Positions 31,771 to 40,715 of a stretch of 64,000 bases of DNA are shown piece after piece. The position numbers and the translations under genes were made by a program. The DNA lies in sequence record PQ066597.1; one strand, 5' to 3'. The notes beneath the pieces are model-generated. The model saw only the letters and a list, made by a program, of their open reading frames with translations, did not search any database and was not told the origin of the DNA. Within the stretch, counting starts at the first letter, position 1; each line of letters opens with the position of its first letter.

Positions 31771-32323
31771 GGATACGCTCCATTAATCTTGTGTATTCAT
31801 CCATAAACCTACCCAAATCTGACGGATTTAAAACGTTTATGGTTCTCTTGGATTCGTTGGTTGCTAATTCATGTTCTATGGCAGTAACAGGGACTAAAGT
31901 CCCGACATACTGTTTATATAGATGGGCGGTATCCCCTTCATCATACCAAACACCAGAACCAACCGGATATTCTTTCATACGAAAATACATCTCACCATTT
32001 TCATCAATATGATATAAAACAGTTCCCTCTTTTGCTGGTAGGTTTTTATATTTTTGCGCTGTATATTGATGAACTATTTCTTCTTCACATATCCAATCAT
32101 AAAAAGGATCGTATACTTGGTTAAGAAATAGTAGGATCCAATAATATTTCGTATCCCCATATAAATCGTAGGAAACAACTTCTGGTCTAGGAGAACCAGA
32201 GACGATATATTTTCTTACAATGAATTTGCTTAAAATATCATCAAAATAGTTTCCATGTGGACGAAATATATCAGCAGTTGGAGCCCCATTATATTTTATA
32301 GGGGGAAAATAGTTAAATAGCAT
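31757..32323 (-). CDS. 53: baseplate wedge gp53
   Basis: MLFNYFPPIKY; RPEVVSYDLYGDTKYYWILLFLN; NESKRTINVL. Confidence 0.93.
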   Translation of the reverse strand: MLFNYFPPIKYNGAPTADIFRPHGNYFDDILSKFIVRKYIVSGSPRPEVVSYDLYGDTKYYWILLFLNQVYDPFYDWICEEEIVHQYTAQKYKNLPAKEGTVLYHIDENGEMYFRMKEYPVGSGVWYDEGDTAHLYKQYVGTLVPVTAIEHELATNESKRTINVLNPSDLGRFMDEYTRLMERIRGNK

Positions 32324-33381
32324 TATCTCTTACCTCCATACGAACCGAAGAAGAATTCACCAGAATCAGGATTACCCAAATCTGATGTAAGAGCTTCCCA
32401 GTAATCGCGATAAACCGGACGAAGTTCTGTAACAGTTATTTCTAGATCTATTGCGACGGAATCCGCAGCCGTTGACGCGAATGTATCATATATTTGGTCT
32501 GGGGTTTTGTTGATCCGGATATTACTAATACCGGCTGGACCCATTGCGAATTTAGGTGTAAATCTAATCTTCTGTTCTTGACTTTGACTTACCCTTTCTT
32601 CTATAAACCACAAAGGGGGTACTTCGAGATAAGTATACCCTTCACCAGCACCTAGTTCTGAATCCGTACCAATTCCAAGAGAAGCAAGATCTACAGCCCC
32701 TTTGTTTTCGGCAGCACTAAGAACCATAAAAGTTTTGATTATTTGCCCAACCTCTTTTAATTCTGCCATAGACCTCGGTCGGAATTGAAATATAAATGTT
32801 TGGGAACGTACACCAGTACCACGATACATTTGGGCGGCTCGGTCACCAAGCAAATTACCAGTTACCTGAGAATTATATCGCTGTGCAATACCACCAGTGG
32901 AGACGATAACCTTTTGAGCCATCGCGTTTACAACGGCTTTACCACCGTTTGCAATGCTATCCAATGTTCCATCTCTTTCTGATGCGTTAGCTTGGTAGTT
33001 CATAACTATATCTTGAAGGAATCCACCATCGTTATCTTCATAATTATGACTAATGTTTTCGTTCATGTTTGGCATATATAGCTGAATAACGGCTAGGGTT
33101 TCTTCGTTGAATTTACCCTTAACAGACCTCATAGAACGTTCGTGTATATCACTATTTTTAAGCCCCCCATTTGTTGGTTTCACCGCATAGAAAACTAAAT
33201 AGGAAGAATGTTTGTTGTCACTACCCTTCATGGTTAATGGGTACTGCAAAGCCTTTATACCGGGTTTCTTAGAGTTTTTATTTTCTATAATAAGATCAGT
33301 TCCCTCTGACTTAGTGTCAGTGAGTGGGTTGAAACTACCACCAGTAGCTCTGTTAACCCCATTGAGAATATTAACTTTCAT
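32323..33381 (-). CDS. 48: baseplate tail tube cap gp48
   Basis: LQYP, IQLYMP, MYRG...RSQTFIFQFRPRS..E, EVPPLW, LEITVTEL. Confidence 0.85.
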   Translation of the reverse strand: MKVNILNGVNRATGGSFNPLTDTKSEGTDLIIENKNSKKPGIKALQYPLTMKGSDNKHSSYLVFYAVKPTNGGLKNSDIHERSMRSVKGKFNEETLAVIQLYMPNMNENISHNYEDNDGGFLQDIVMNYQANASERDGTLDSIANGGKAVVNAMAQKVIVSTGGIAQRYNSQVTGNLLGDRAAQMYRGTGVRSQTFIFQFRPRSMAELKEVGQIIKTFMVLSAAENKGAVDLASLGIGTDSELGAGEGYTYLEVPPLWFIEERVSQSQEQKIRFTPKFAMGPAGISNIRINKTPDQIYDTFASTAADSVAIDLEITVTELRPVYRDYWEALTSDLGNPDSGEFFFGSYGGKR

Positions 33382-33406
33382 TTTTAAACCTCATGTTGTT
33401 TACTTG

Positions 33407-33429
33407 TATTTAGGGGCAAACCCTAAATA
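33407..33429. promoter_or_regulatory. back-to-back divergent late promoters (CTAAATA on both strands)
   Basis: TATTTAGGG-GCAAA-CCCTAAATA between divergent gp48 and gp4. Confidence 0.75.
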
Positions 33430-33450
33430 AAACAAATAGGAGAATTTATT

Positions 33451-33921
33451 ATGGCCGGAAATAATACATACAAAGGTCAATACTTTGTAAAGAATAGAGA
33501 AAAATATAAAGGAGACCCAAAAAAGGTTACCTACCGTAGTTCGTGGGAAAAGTATATAATGGAGATGTTGGATAATAATCCAGACGTTAGATATTGGAAC
33601 AGCGAATGTATGGTCATTCCGTATTTTTCTAATGCAGATGGAAAGAAACGACGTTATTTTATGGATATGTGGATACAGTGGTCAGACGGTTCTATTTCTC
33701 TCTGGGAAGTTAAGCCTAAAAAAGAATGTTTTCCACCAGTACCACCAAAAAGAAATACATTAAAAGCAAAAAATGCTTATATTCAAGCTGTGTATACATG
33801 GCAAGTCAATAACGACAAATGGAAAACCACCGCTGAATTATGTAAGAAAAAAGGGTGGAGATTTAATATAATTAATGAGGACTCATTGAGAGCAATGGGT
33901 TTCAAAGGACTTACTAAATGA
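33451..33921 (+). CDS. 4: head completion nuclease gp4
   Basis: YKG.Y.VKNREKYKGD...YRSSWE; RRYFMDMW; EVKPKKE; VNNDKW. Confidence 0.95.
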   Translation: MAGNNTYKGQYFVKNREKYKGDPKKVTYRSSWEKYIMEMLDNNPDVRYWNSECMVIPYFSNADGKKRRYFMDMWIQWSDGSISLWEVKPKKECFPPVPPKRNTLKAKNAYIQAVYTWQVNNDKWKTTAELCKKKGWRFNIINEDSLRAMGFKGLTK

Positions 33922-34916
33922 TATTCGAAATAACGGAACGTGCAGAGTCCACAACAGAAAAACGCAATAGAAAACAATGGATTGATGTTGGTGTTGATTA
34001 TATGAACGCCAAGAAAAAGAACCCAAGTCTTACTGCAAAGAAATATGCAGAGGAAAAAGGGTTGAATTATGAAACATTCAGTAGAGCAATGCGCAGACAC
34101 AGAGAAGAAATAAAGACTTATTATTCTCTGGTAAACCCAAACAAGAATAAACAACAATGGATTGAGCTTGGTGTTGATTATTTGACACAAAAAGAAAAGA
34201 GTAGCATTACTCTAAAAAATTATATTGAAGGACGTGGACTTAATAAAGAAACTACGGAGCGGGCATTTAGAAGATTCAAGCAAGATATTCTACTGGCTAA
34301 GAAGTTAAAAGATGCGCAAATAAGCGGAAGAAAACTATCTAAAGCCGAAAAATATCAGATGTTGTTGGCTGACTTTAGAAATAAAGTAAGACAACACGAA
34401 AAAGAGCCTGTAAAGTCTCAGAAGAAGTCAACGGAATGGTTTAACAATTTCATAAAGAAAAACGTTCGTGGTCACCAAGTAACAAGACCAATTGCTGGAC
34501 GATTGTATACTTTCGCATATGACGCAAAACATAAGGCAACACTACCATACTGGGATAAATTCCCCCTGATCGTATATCTTGGCCTAAGTGCAAAACACAA
34601 AGGTTTGATGTTGGGTCTCAACCTTCACTACATCCCGATCAAAGCCCGTAAAGAATTTATGGAAGAGTTGCTGAAACATGCAACCACAGAGAGGATTACC
34701 AACCGTACATCCCTAAATATCAACTGGGGTAAGGTTAAGGGAATGAGAGGTGCAGACCATATGATCAAAGCGTATTTGCCGGGTCATATTAAGGGTCCAT
34801 TAATGGAGATTAAACCGCAGGATTGGAGTTCTGTTATTAATCTACCGACTCAACGGTTTGTATCTGGTGTTCCTCCGAAGACCTATAATACGAATTCCGT
34901 TTGGAGATCATACTAA
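33918..34916 (+). CDS. 2: DNA end protector gp2
   Basis: GRLYTFAYDAKHKATLPYWDKFPL; GLNLHYIP; IKAYLPGH. Confidence 0.95.
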   Translation: MIFEITERAESTTEKRNRKQWIDVGVDYMNAKKKNPSLTAKKYAEEKGLNYETFSRAMRRHREEIKTYYSLVNPNKNKQQWIELGVDYLTQKEKSSITLKNYIEGRGLNKETTERAFRRFKQDILLAKKLKDAQISGRKLSKAEKYQMLLADFRNKVRQHEKEPVKSQKKSTEWFNNFIKKNVRGHQVTRPIAGRLYTFAYDAKHKATLPYWDKFPLIVYLGLSAKHKGLMLGLNLHYIPIKARKEFMEELLKHATTERITNRTSLNINWGKVKGMRGADHMIKAYLPGHIKGPLMEIKPQDWSSVINLPTQRFVSGVPPKTYNTNSVWRSY

Positions 34917-35857
34917 TGAACTTAATACCACCTATTCCAACCATAGATAGTATGATAGATAGTACTATCGGGTTTGGTGAAGATTTATTAAACGATGGTG
35001 GGGATGCAAGCGAGATCCCCGACCTAACTAGGTTTATGCGGAAAGTTGAAAATACTGATCTGGCTAGACCGAACATGTTTATTGTAAGGTTCGGAGATTT
35101 CCGAACCTCTATATTCAGTGATGGTGTTTTTGATAGGGATTTACCAATATTTCCGGACTCCGGCAGCGGGATGGACGTCAATGATAGTCTGTTCTCTGGT
35201 ACAAGTTATGCTTGGCACAGAATCCAAGACGTTGCATTGGGACAAGCACACAAAATCCTCACGCCTAGCATGAAGAAGATTTTTGGTGCTTGGGACCCGT
35301 CCTTGGTCCGGATCATACCGGGAGCAGGAGAGATCCTTGATGGATTTTTGGGAACTGATTACGATGTAAACAGAGATCTAGCATTAATGGTAAAAAGCGT
35401 CGGACTCCCTAGTTCTACTTTGGAAACGACAATCAACCGTACAGACAAACTACCTCGACACGAAGTAAGAGGTAGAAACTACGGAACCATGAGTATGACG
35501 TTTTACTGTTCCCCTTCTTATGAGGAACGTTCTTTGATGTTAACATGGCAGAATACAATTGTCAACCCAAGAAATGGACAATTTGGATTTTATAATACGT
35601 ATGCAAAGGATATTGACGTCATCACGTTAGACCGTCATGGAGTTAAGCAATCCACTGTACATAATACAGGGTGCTTTCCCATAGAGGTAGGTGAAGTTCA
35701 ACTAGATTTTGAGAACAATTCTCAGGTAGCAACCTTTACCGTCACATTCGCTGTATCAACTACAGTGCATGTTCCTACTAAGGGTGAAGAGAACACCATC
35801 GACTCTATAGAGAGTATCATAAGACGTACTACAGGCGTTGTGAAAGCCATTCGTTAA
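34916..35857 (+). CDS. 54: baseplate-tail tube initiator gp54
   Basis: DLARPNMFIV, tube-like fold, CFPIEVGEVQLDFENNSQVATFTVTF. Confidence 0.85.
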   Translation: MNLIPPIPTIDSMIDSTIGFGEDLLNDGGDASEIPDLTRFMRKVENTDLARPNMFIVRFGDFRTSIFSDGVFDRDLPIFPDSGSGMDVNDSLFSGTSYAWHRIQDVALGQAHKILTPSMKKIFGAWDPSLVRIIPGAGEILDGFLGTDYDVNRDLALMVKSVGLPSSTLETTINRTDKLPRHEVRGRNYGTMSMTFYCSPSYEERSLMLTWQNTIVNPRNGQFGFYNTYAKDIDVITLDRHGVKQSTVHNTGCFPIEVGEVQLDFENNSQVATFTVTFAVSTTVHVPTKGEENTIDSIESIIRRTTGVVKAIR

Positions 35858-35861
35858 TACT

Positions 35862-35886
35862 AAGCCATCCTACGGGGTGGCTTTTT
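35862..35886 (+). terminator. intrinsic terminator after gp54
   Basis: AAGCCATCC-TACG-GGGTGGCTT-TTT. Confidence 0.8.
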
Positions 35887-36085
35887 CATATCTAAAGATC
35901 TCGAACGTAGTGAGACGGCGTAGCCGCCTGTTCGCTTCGCTCACTTTCTAATTATAGATCTTCTATATAAATACTTATAGAGACTTTATAATTTGATTAC
36001 AAGTGAAACCATCTAAGATCAAGTCTTGAAGAACATCATGTTACAATGTACTAAATAAGTATAGATCTATAAGGGATTTTTAACT

Positions 36086-36871
36086 ATGACAAACAAAACC
36101 ACAATTGACAAGAGTGTACTTCTTGCTGCTATGCAGAAAAACGTACAGCAGACCAATGTAACTTTATCAGATGGTAGAAAGATCAAGGTTCGTGCTTTCT
36201 TGATGAAAGAAATGAAACTGTTGATGTTAGCTAACGAAGCCAATACTGGAATCGATGATGCAATCATCCAAATCGTAAAAAACTGTATCCTAACTGATAA
36301 TGTTGATGTAGACCTTTTACCTGTGTTTGACTTGGAAGCAGTTTATCTAGCTTTGTATAAGTTATCAAAAGCAAGTCCTACTGTTCCGGTTATGTTTACT
36401 TGCGCCAACGAAATTCTTGATGAAGATGGTAATGTTCAATATGACCAATATGGTGAAATTATTCGTTGTGGCTCTGATATCAAAGTAAACGTAAACTTGA
36501 ATAACGCTAAATTATCGGATGCACCAGATAACAAAATTGTTCTGAATGAGAACATGACAGTTTATATGAGATATCCTAATATCAGCGAGGTTGAATATTT
36601 CAACGTAGAAGTTGAGTCCGACTTGTTTAACTTAATCAATCGCTGTATTGACGAAGTTCATATGGGAGATCAGGTTGTTAAGGTTGGTGTTGATATTCCG
36701 TATGAGGATATTTCTGAAATTATGGAATACGCCGATTCAGTTGCTTTGACCAAAATGGGTAAATTTGTAACATCCCTCCCCCAACATACTCTAAATATAC
36801 CTGTAAAGTGTAAAAAATGTGGACACCAAGAAATTGTTACACTTAAAGGGGTAGAAAGTTTTTTCGCATAA
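36086..36871 (+). CDS. 26: baseplate hub assembly chaperone gp26-like
   Basis: VRAFLMKEMKLLM, LPVFDLE..YL.L, MRYP, CKKCGH..., ends GVESFFA. Confidence 0.88.
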   Translation: MTNKTTIDKSVLLAAMQKNVQQTNVTLSDGRKIKVRAFLMKEMKLLMLANEANTGIDDAIIQIVKNCILTDNVDVDLLPVFDLEAVYLALYKLSKASPTVPVMFTCANEILDEDGNVQYDQYGEIIRCGSDIKVNVNLNNAKLSDAPDNKIVLNENMTVYMRYPNISEVEYFNVEVESDLFNLINRCIDEVHMGDQVVKVGVDIPYEDISEIMEYADSVALTKMGKFVTSLPQHTLNIPVKCKKCGHQEIVTLKGVESFFA

Positions 36872-37035
36872 CGCTTGTTAACCATACCATATACGATCAT
36901 TTTAATACGGTATATAAGCTTAGAAAAGATGGATGGAGCCATTCGGACCTTGAGGATATGACCCCCTTTGAATTTGGTGTTTATGTTCACCTCTACCTAA
37001 ACGATCTCAAAGAACAGGCGAGAGAAAAGGACTAA
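36859..37035 (+). CDS. 51: gp51-like short frame with no canonical start; probable -1 frameshift extension of gp26
   Basis: Hand translation FFRITLVNHTIYDHFNTVYKLRKDGWSHSDLEDMTPFEFGVYVHLYLNDLKEQAREKD*; resembles the short gp51 family (..YSLTEIENMIPWER..Y); stop abuts the gp29 start. Confidence 0.7.
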   Translation, partial: FFRITLVNHTIYDHFNTVYKLRKDGWSHSDLEDMTPFEFGVYVHLYLNDLKEQAREKD

Positions 37036-38898
37036 GTGATGATTGACAAGCAGAAACAGAACGAACTTGATAAATCGGTTCGAGATGTCACGGATGCTAT
37101 GGATATTGTTTCTGATTCGATGCTTAAGTTGGACGACAAGACAGAAAAGTTGTCCAACTCAACAAAAGACCTTACCGCGTCTTATGATATTACCTCTGAT
37201 TCCAGTCTGGAAGTCGCACAAGAACAAGAAAAATTAGCGAACCAGATAAAAGGTGCCAGAAAGGATAATAAGCGTAGTAATAAGGTTGAAAACGAATTAG
37301 TTTCAGCTAGACGAAAGCAACTGGAAGACATTTTAAATAATAAACAACCCCTAGTGGATTATAGCCAAGGTGTAAAAAGTCAGAACCCGGAACAGGGGGA
37401 AACTGCCAAACCTATGCAGGAAGACACTAGGGAGACTTTGAAAGAATTTATACAACGCGAAGTTGGTGATCGTCGTGAATTTGTGGAAAATTTCAAAGAA
37501 GAAAATCAAAAAACTGGTAAATTTGTTCGAGAGATAGCAAAAAAAGCTAATATAGTTGATCGAATGAAGAAATCAGAAACATCAGCAACAGCGAAAATAC
37601 TTGGTCATACTATGTCCGCTGGTATCGGTATGGTTACTGGAACCATAAACGATTTGTTATCAACTATTCCCGGTTATAATCAGGCCGCTAATGCAACGAA
37701 GTTTGTTGGTGGGTCTATTATTGATGCACATAACGCACGTAAGGAAAAGAAATTAGATGCAAAAGCGAATGCGGCTTATGAAGAGAAGAAGGCTGATGCT
37801 ACTTCTAGATTCCAACAGATCCCACAAAACAAACCAGAAGACAAAGTAAAAACAGATAGAAATAACCAAGAGCAAAAGAAAGAAAGACAAGAAAATGGAA
37901 GAGAACGAGAGAACAACGAAAAGCGTCATAAAAGCTTAATCGATGTTCTTAAAGGTATCCAGATGTCCATGTTGATCGGTAAACTGATTGGTGGTGTTGG
38001 ATTTGTTCTTAGTGGTCTTGTTTCTGGTATCAGTGTTCTATCTGGTGCGGTTCTTGGTTTGGCCCCTATGATTGCGGGTGCCCTATCTGCTGCTGTTGGT
38101 GGTTTAATTGCTAAGTTCTCTGGGATGTTTGATAAGATACCGGGATTGGGAAGTAAGACCCCCACACCATCGTCTGGTGGGGTTAATCCAAACGATGTAT
38201 CGAAGGATCCTAAGAAGTCCCCGAAAACTACACAACCGGATGGAAAGAAGCCACCCACACCAGAACCAAGACCGGGACAACCCGCAAAAATTGAGACACC
38301 TAAAACAAAGACTCCTACCCCAAAAGGTAAGGCTGGTATTTTGTCAAAGGCAGCGGAACTTGGTAAAAAAGGTTGGTCTGTCGCTGCTGATGCAGCAAAA
38401 TCAGCCTCTAAATTTATACCAAAAAGCGCATTAACTGGCGCAGGTATGGCGGTACGTGTCGCTGGTAGAGCAATTCCTTTTGTTGGTGCTGGCTTGATGG
38501 CTTATGAGTTGTATAACTTCGCCAAAGAGAACCCAGAGCTGTTAGATAAGGGTGTTGATGCTGCTAAGGGTGCTTGGGAAAGTCTTACTGGATCATTATT
38601 TGGGAAAGCTAATGCTAGTGAAGCTCAACCGGAATCTAAATTAGGGAATGAAATTAAGGCTGGTGAAACCGAGCCTGTATTTAAAACCCTTGAGAAAAGA
38701 AATCAAGAGGTTGAAGAATTCCGAGCTAAACAACAACGTGAAAAGGAAGAACGAGACGCACGACGTCAAGAAGGTGCTTTAATGGCTGCTGTAAATAATA
38801 CCACATATAACAGTATGAATTCCGTTCTACCGTCTGGCTTTGGTGAATTTAGACCAGATCAACCGCAATATTCATATGGAGTTCAACCGTCAACATGA
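37036..38898 (+). CDS. 29: tape measure/baseplate hub gp29-like
   Basis: 620 aa, coiled-coil N-terminus, hydrophobic Gly/Ala segment, Pro-rich linker; position between gp26/51 and gp3. Confidence 0.75.
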   Translation: MMIDKQKQNELDKSVRDVTDAMDIVSDSMLKLDDKTEKLSNSTKDLTASYDITSDSSLEVAQEQEKLANQIKGARKDNKRSNKVENELVSARRKQLEDILNNKQPLVDYSQGVKSQNPEQGETAKPMQEDTRETLKEFIQREVGDRREFVENFKEENQKTGKFVREIAKKANIVDRMKKSETSATAKILGHTMSAGIGMVTGTINDLLSTIPGYNQAANATKFVGGSIIDAHNARKEKKLDAKANAAYEEKKADATSRFQQIPQNKPEDKVKTDRNNQEQKKERQENGRERENNEKRHKSLIDVLKGIQMSMLIGKLIGGVGFVLSGLVSGISVLSGAVLGLAPMIAGALSAAVGGLIAKFSGMFDKIPGLGSKTPTPSSGGVNPNDVSKDPKKSPKTTQPDGKKPPTPEPRPGQPAKIETPKTKTPTPKGKAGILSKAAELGKKGWSVAADAAKSASKFIPKSALTGAGMAVRVAGRAIPFVGAGLMAYELYNFAKENPELLDKGVDAAKGAWESLTGSLFGKANASEAQPESKLGNEIKAGETEPVFKTLEKRNQEVEEFRAKQQREKEERDARRQEGALMAAVNNTTYNSMNSVLPSGFGEFRPDQPQYSYGVQPST

Positions 38899-39452
38899 TA
38901 CATAATCAAGCACACATAACAAACATGCGTCTGGAAATCCCAGACGCAAACACAACCGCTAACTTTGTAACATCAGCTCAATCCGTTGTTCTTCCAACTA
39001 TGGAAATGGATATAACGAGGGTTTCAATAAATCAGATGACGTCCGGGCTTATGCCGGGTTCGAAGATCATTTACGAACCATTTAGGATTAGATTTTTGAT
39101 TGATGAAAATTTCGAATCTTATAAAGAGTTGTATCAATGGATGATCTCTGTTACTGATAGTAGAACTTTCAATTCCACCGCCCATCTACCGGGTGCTAGA
39201 CCTAGATCTATTTTGGTTCATATTCTGGATAACTCAAAAAAGAATATAGTATTGACTTTCAAGTTTCATGACCCATTCCCGAGTTCATTGGACGATATAG
39301 AATTGTCCTATGTTGATGACGGAAACCCAGCCCTTATAGGTAATGTAACGTTTAGTTACTCATCTATGAGTGTTGTTGGTGTAAACGATTTGGAAATCCT
39401 ACCAAAACAAAACCCGGTCGGTATCGGTGCAGGGCACCCATTCCAAAAGTAA
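38895..39452 (+). CDS. 3: tail tube terminator gp3
   Basis: NQAHITN..LEIPD, YEPFRIRFLIDENFESYKELYQWM, ILDNSK. Confidence 0.92.
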   Translation: MIHNQAHITNMRLEIPDANTTANFVTSAQSVVLPTMEMDITRVSINQMTSGLMPGSKIIYEPFRIRFLIDENFESYKELYQWMISVTDSRTFNSTAHLPGARPRSILVHILDNSKKNIVLTFKFHDPFPSSLDDIELSYVDDGNPALIGNVTFSYSSMSVVGVNDLEILPKQNPVGIGAGHPFQK

Positions 39453-39493
39453 AATCTAAAGGTGCTTCGTCTTGAGGTATAATAAACAAAAAG

Positions 39494-40237
39494 ATGAGGT
39501 ACTATATGATATACGCTATTTCTGGTTTGAAACGGACGGGTAAAGACACAGCCTCGAAGTTCATTCAAGAACTTACTGGGGCTGTTCCATATGCTTTAGC
39601 TCACCCAATTAAAAAATCCATCCATAATGGATTACAACGTATTCAGAAAACAAAAGATATCAGCTTTGCTGATGTTAATGGAGAAACTGAATATGACCGA
39701 GAGCAAGATTTAGGTTTGACTACTTTAGAATTAAAGAGTCTTCTGAATAATGCTATAATGTTCTGCCATAGACACAACAATTTCACATTCGGTGAAATGC
39801 ACAAACTTTTCAATTCTGTCTCTGAATTTAGATCTAGTGACAAAATGACAATAAAAGATATGTTGTGTATTGGCTTTGCTGAATTCTTTGGTAATAAGAA
39901 AAAAGCAGCAGAAATTGAAAATAAATATAAATGGTCTATTCGTAGACTGATGCAAGTTCTTGGTACGGATCTAGTTGTCAATGTAAGACGTGATTATTGG
40001 TTAGAGTGTATCCCGGATGATGGGAAAGACATCATTATAACCGATGTACGGCAGGCTCACGAAATGCAATTTTGTCGTGATAATGGTGCTAAAGTAATCT
40101 TTATTTGTAAGACTGGAATCGTATCAACCGATTCACATATCACCGAGCGTGGTTTAGAACCATCAGCAAGTGATATTATAGTTTTTAATGATGGTACATT
40201 AGAAGCTCTTAAGAAAAATATCAAATCAATTGTTTAA
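39494..40237 (+). CDS. 1: deoxynucleoside monophosphate kinase gp1
   Basis: ISGLKRTGKDT P-loop; YDRE; RRLMQVLGTD; ITDVRQAHE; HITERGL. Confidence 0.95.
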   Translation: MRYYMIYAISGLKRTGKDTASKFIQELTGAVPYALAHPIKKSIHNGLQRIQKTKDISFADVNGETEYDREQDLGLTTLELKSLLNNAIMFCHRHNNFTFGEMHKLFNSVSEFRSSDKMTIKDMLCIGFAEFFGNKKKAAEIENKYKWSIRRLMQVLGTDLVVNVRRDYWLECIPDDGKDIIITDVRQAHEMQFCRDNGAKVIFICKTGIVSTDSHITERGLEPSASDIIVFNDGTLEALKKNIKSIV

Positions 40238-40250
40238 TAGGAAAAATAAA

Positions 40251-40475
40251 ATGCAAGAACAAATTCAAAAACTGTCTAGTGACATCATCGTACTGAAAGC
40301 CCGTATTTTTGATATGAGTGAAGAATCAGTAGCAATTAGTCAACAAAATGCTAAAATCTTTAGTATGCTTGCGGAAGCGCTCGAACTAGACAAAGAAGAA
40401 TCTTCTGACATTCAGTTCTATCTGAATAAAATCAATCACCTGAAACAAAATCAGGTTGAAGTTGTAAAAGAATAA
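40251..40475 (+). CDS. 57A: tail fibre chaperone gp57A
   Basis: QKLSSDIIVLKARIFD matches T4 QKLSAEIVTLKSRILD; SD AGGA before ATG 40251. Confidence 0.88.
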   Translation: MQEQIQKLSSDIIVLKARIFDMSEESVAISQQNAKIFSMLAEALELDKEESSDIQFYLNKINHLKQNQVEVVKE

Positions 40476-40481
40476 TGTTAT

Positions 40482-40510
40482 AAAGGGGTTGCTTAATAGC
40501 AACCCCTTTT
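40482..40510 (+). terminator. intrinsic terminator
   Basis: AAAGGGGTTGC-TTAATA-GCAACCCCTTTT. Confidence 0.8.
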
Positions 40511-40515
40511 ATTTT

Positions 40516-40671
40516 ATGGAAGATATTCAAATGGATGACTACTTTGATTTTGATCTAGAACGGATGCGAATCGCAGTTGAAGGAGATACAATCTATAAAC
40601 CAGAAGGTATGACCGTGCGGGAGTGGTTGGATTGGTTAAAAACAGTTGACAACGAAAACAAAGAGATGTAA
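40516..40671 (+). CDS. small hypothetical protein
   Basis: FDFDLERMRIAVEG...EWLDWL; the ORF-track start lies in the terminator, so an internal ATG is preferred. Confidence 0.6.
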   Translation: MEDIQMDDYFDFDLERMRIAVEGDTIYKPEGMTVREWLDWLKTVDNENKEM

Positions 40672-40715
40672 CCTATAGTTGTTGCCTAAATACTGTTTTA
40701 TAAAGGAATGATTTT

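Noticed and set aside
36791-36797. CTAAATA inside gp26 as evidence that gp51 is an independent gene
   Set aside because: It may serve gp29 or be a chance match; it does not supply the missing start codon, though it remains an alternative to test
39463-39483. TGCTT upstream of TATAAT as a MotA middle promoter for gp1
   Set aside because: Only 10 nt between TGCTT and the -10, shorter than T4 middle promoters; better read as an extended -10 promoter
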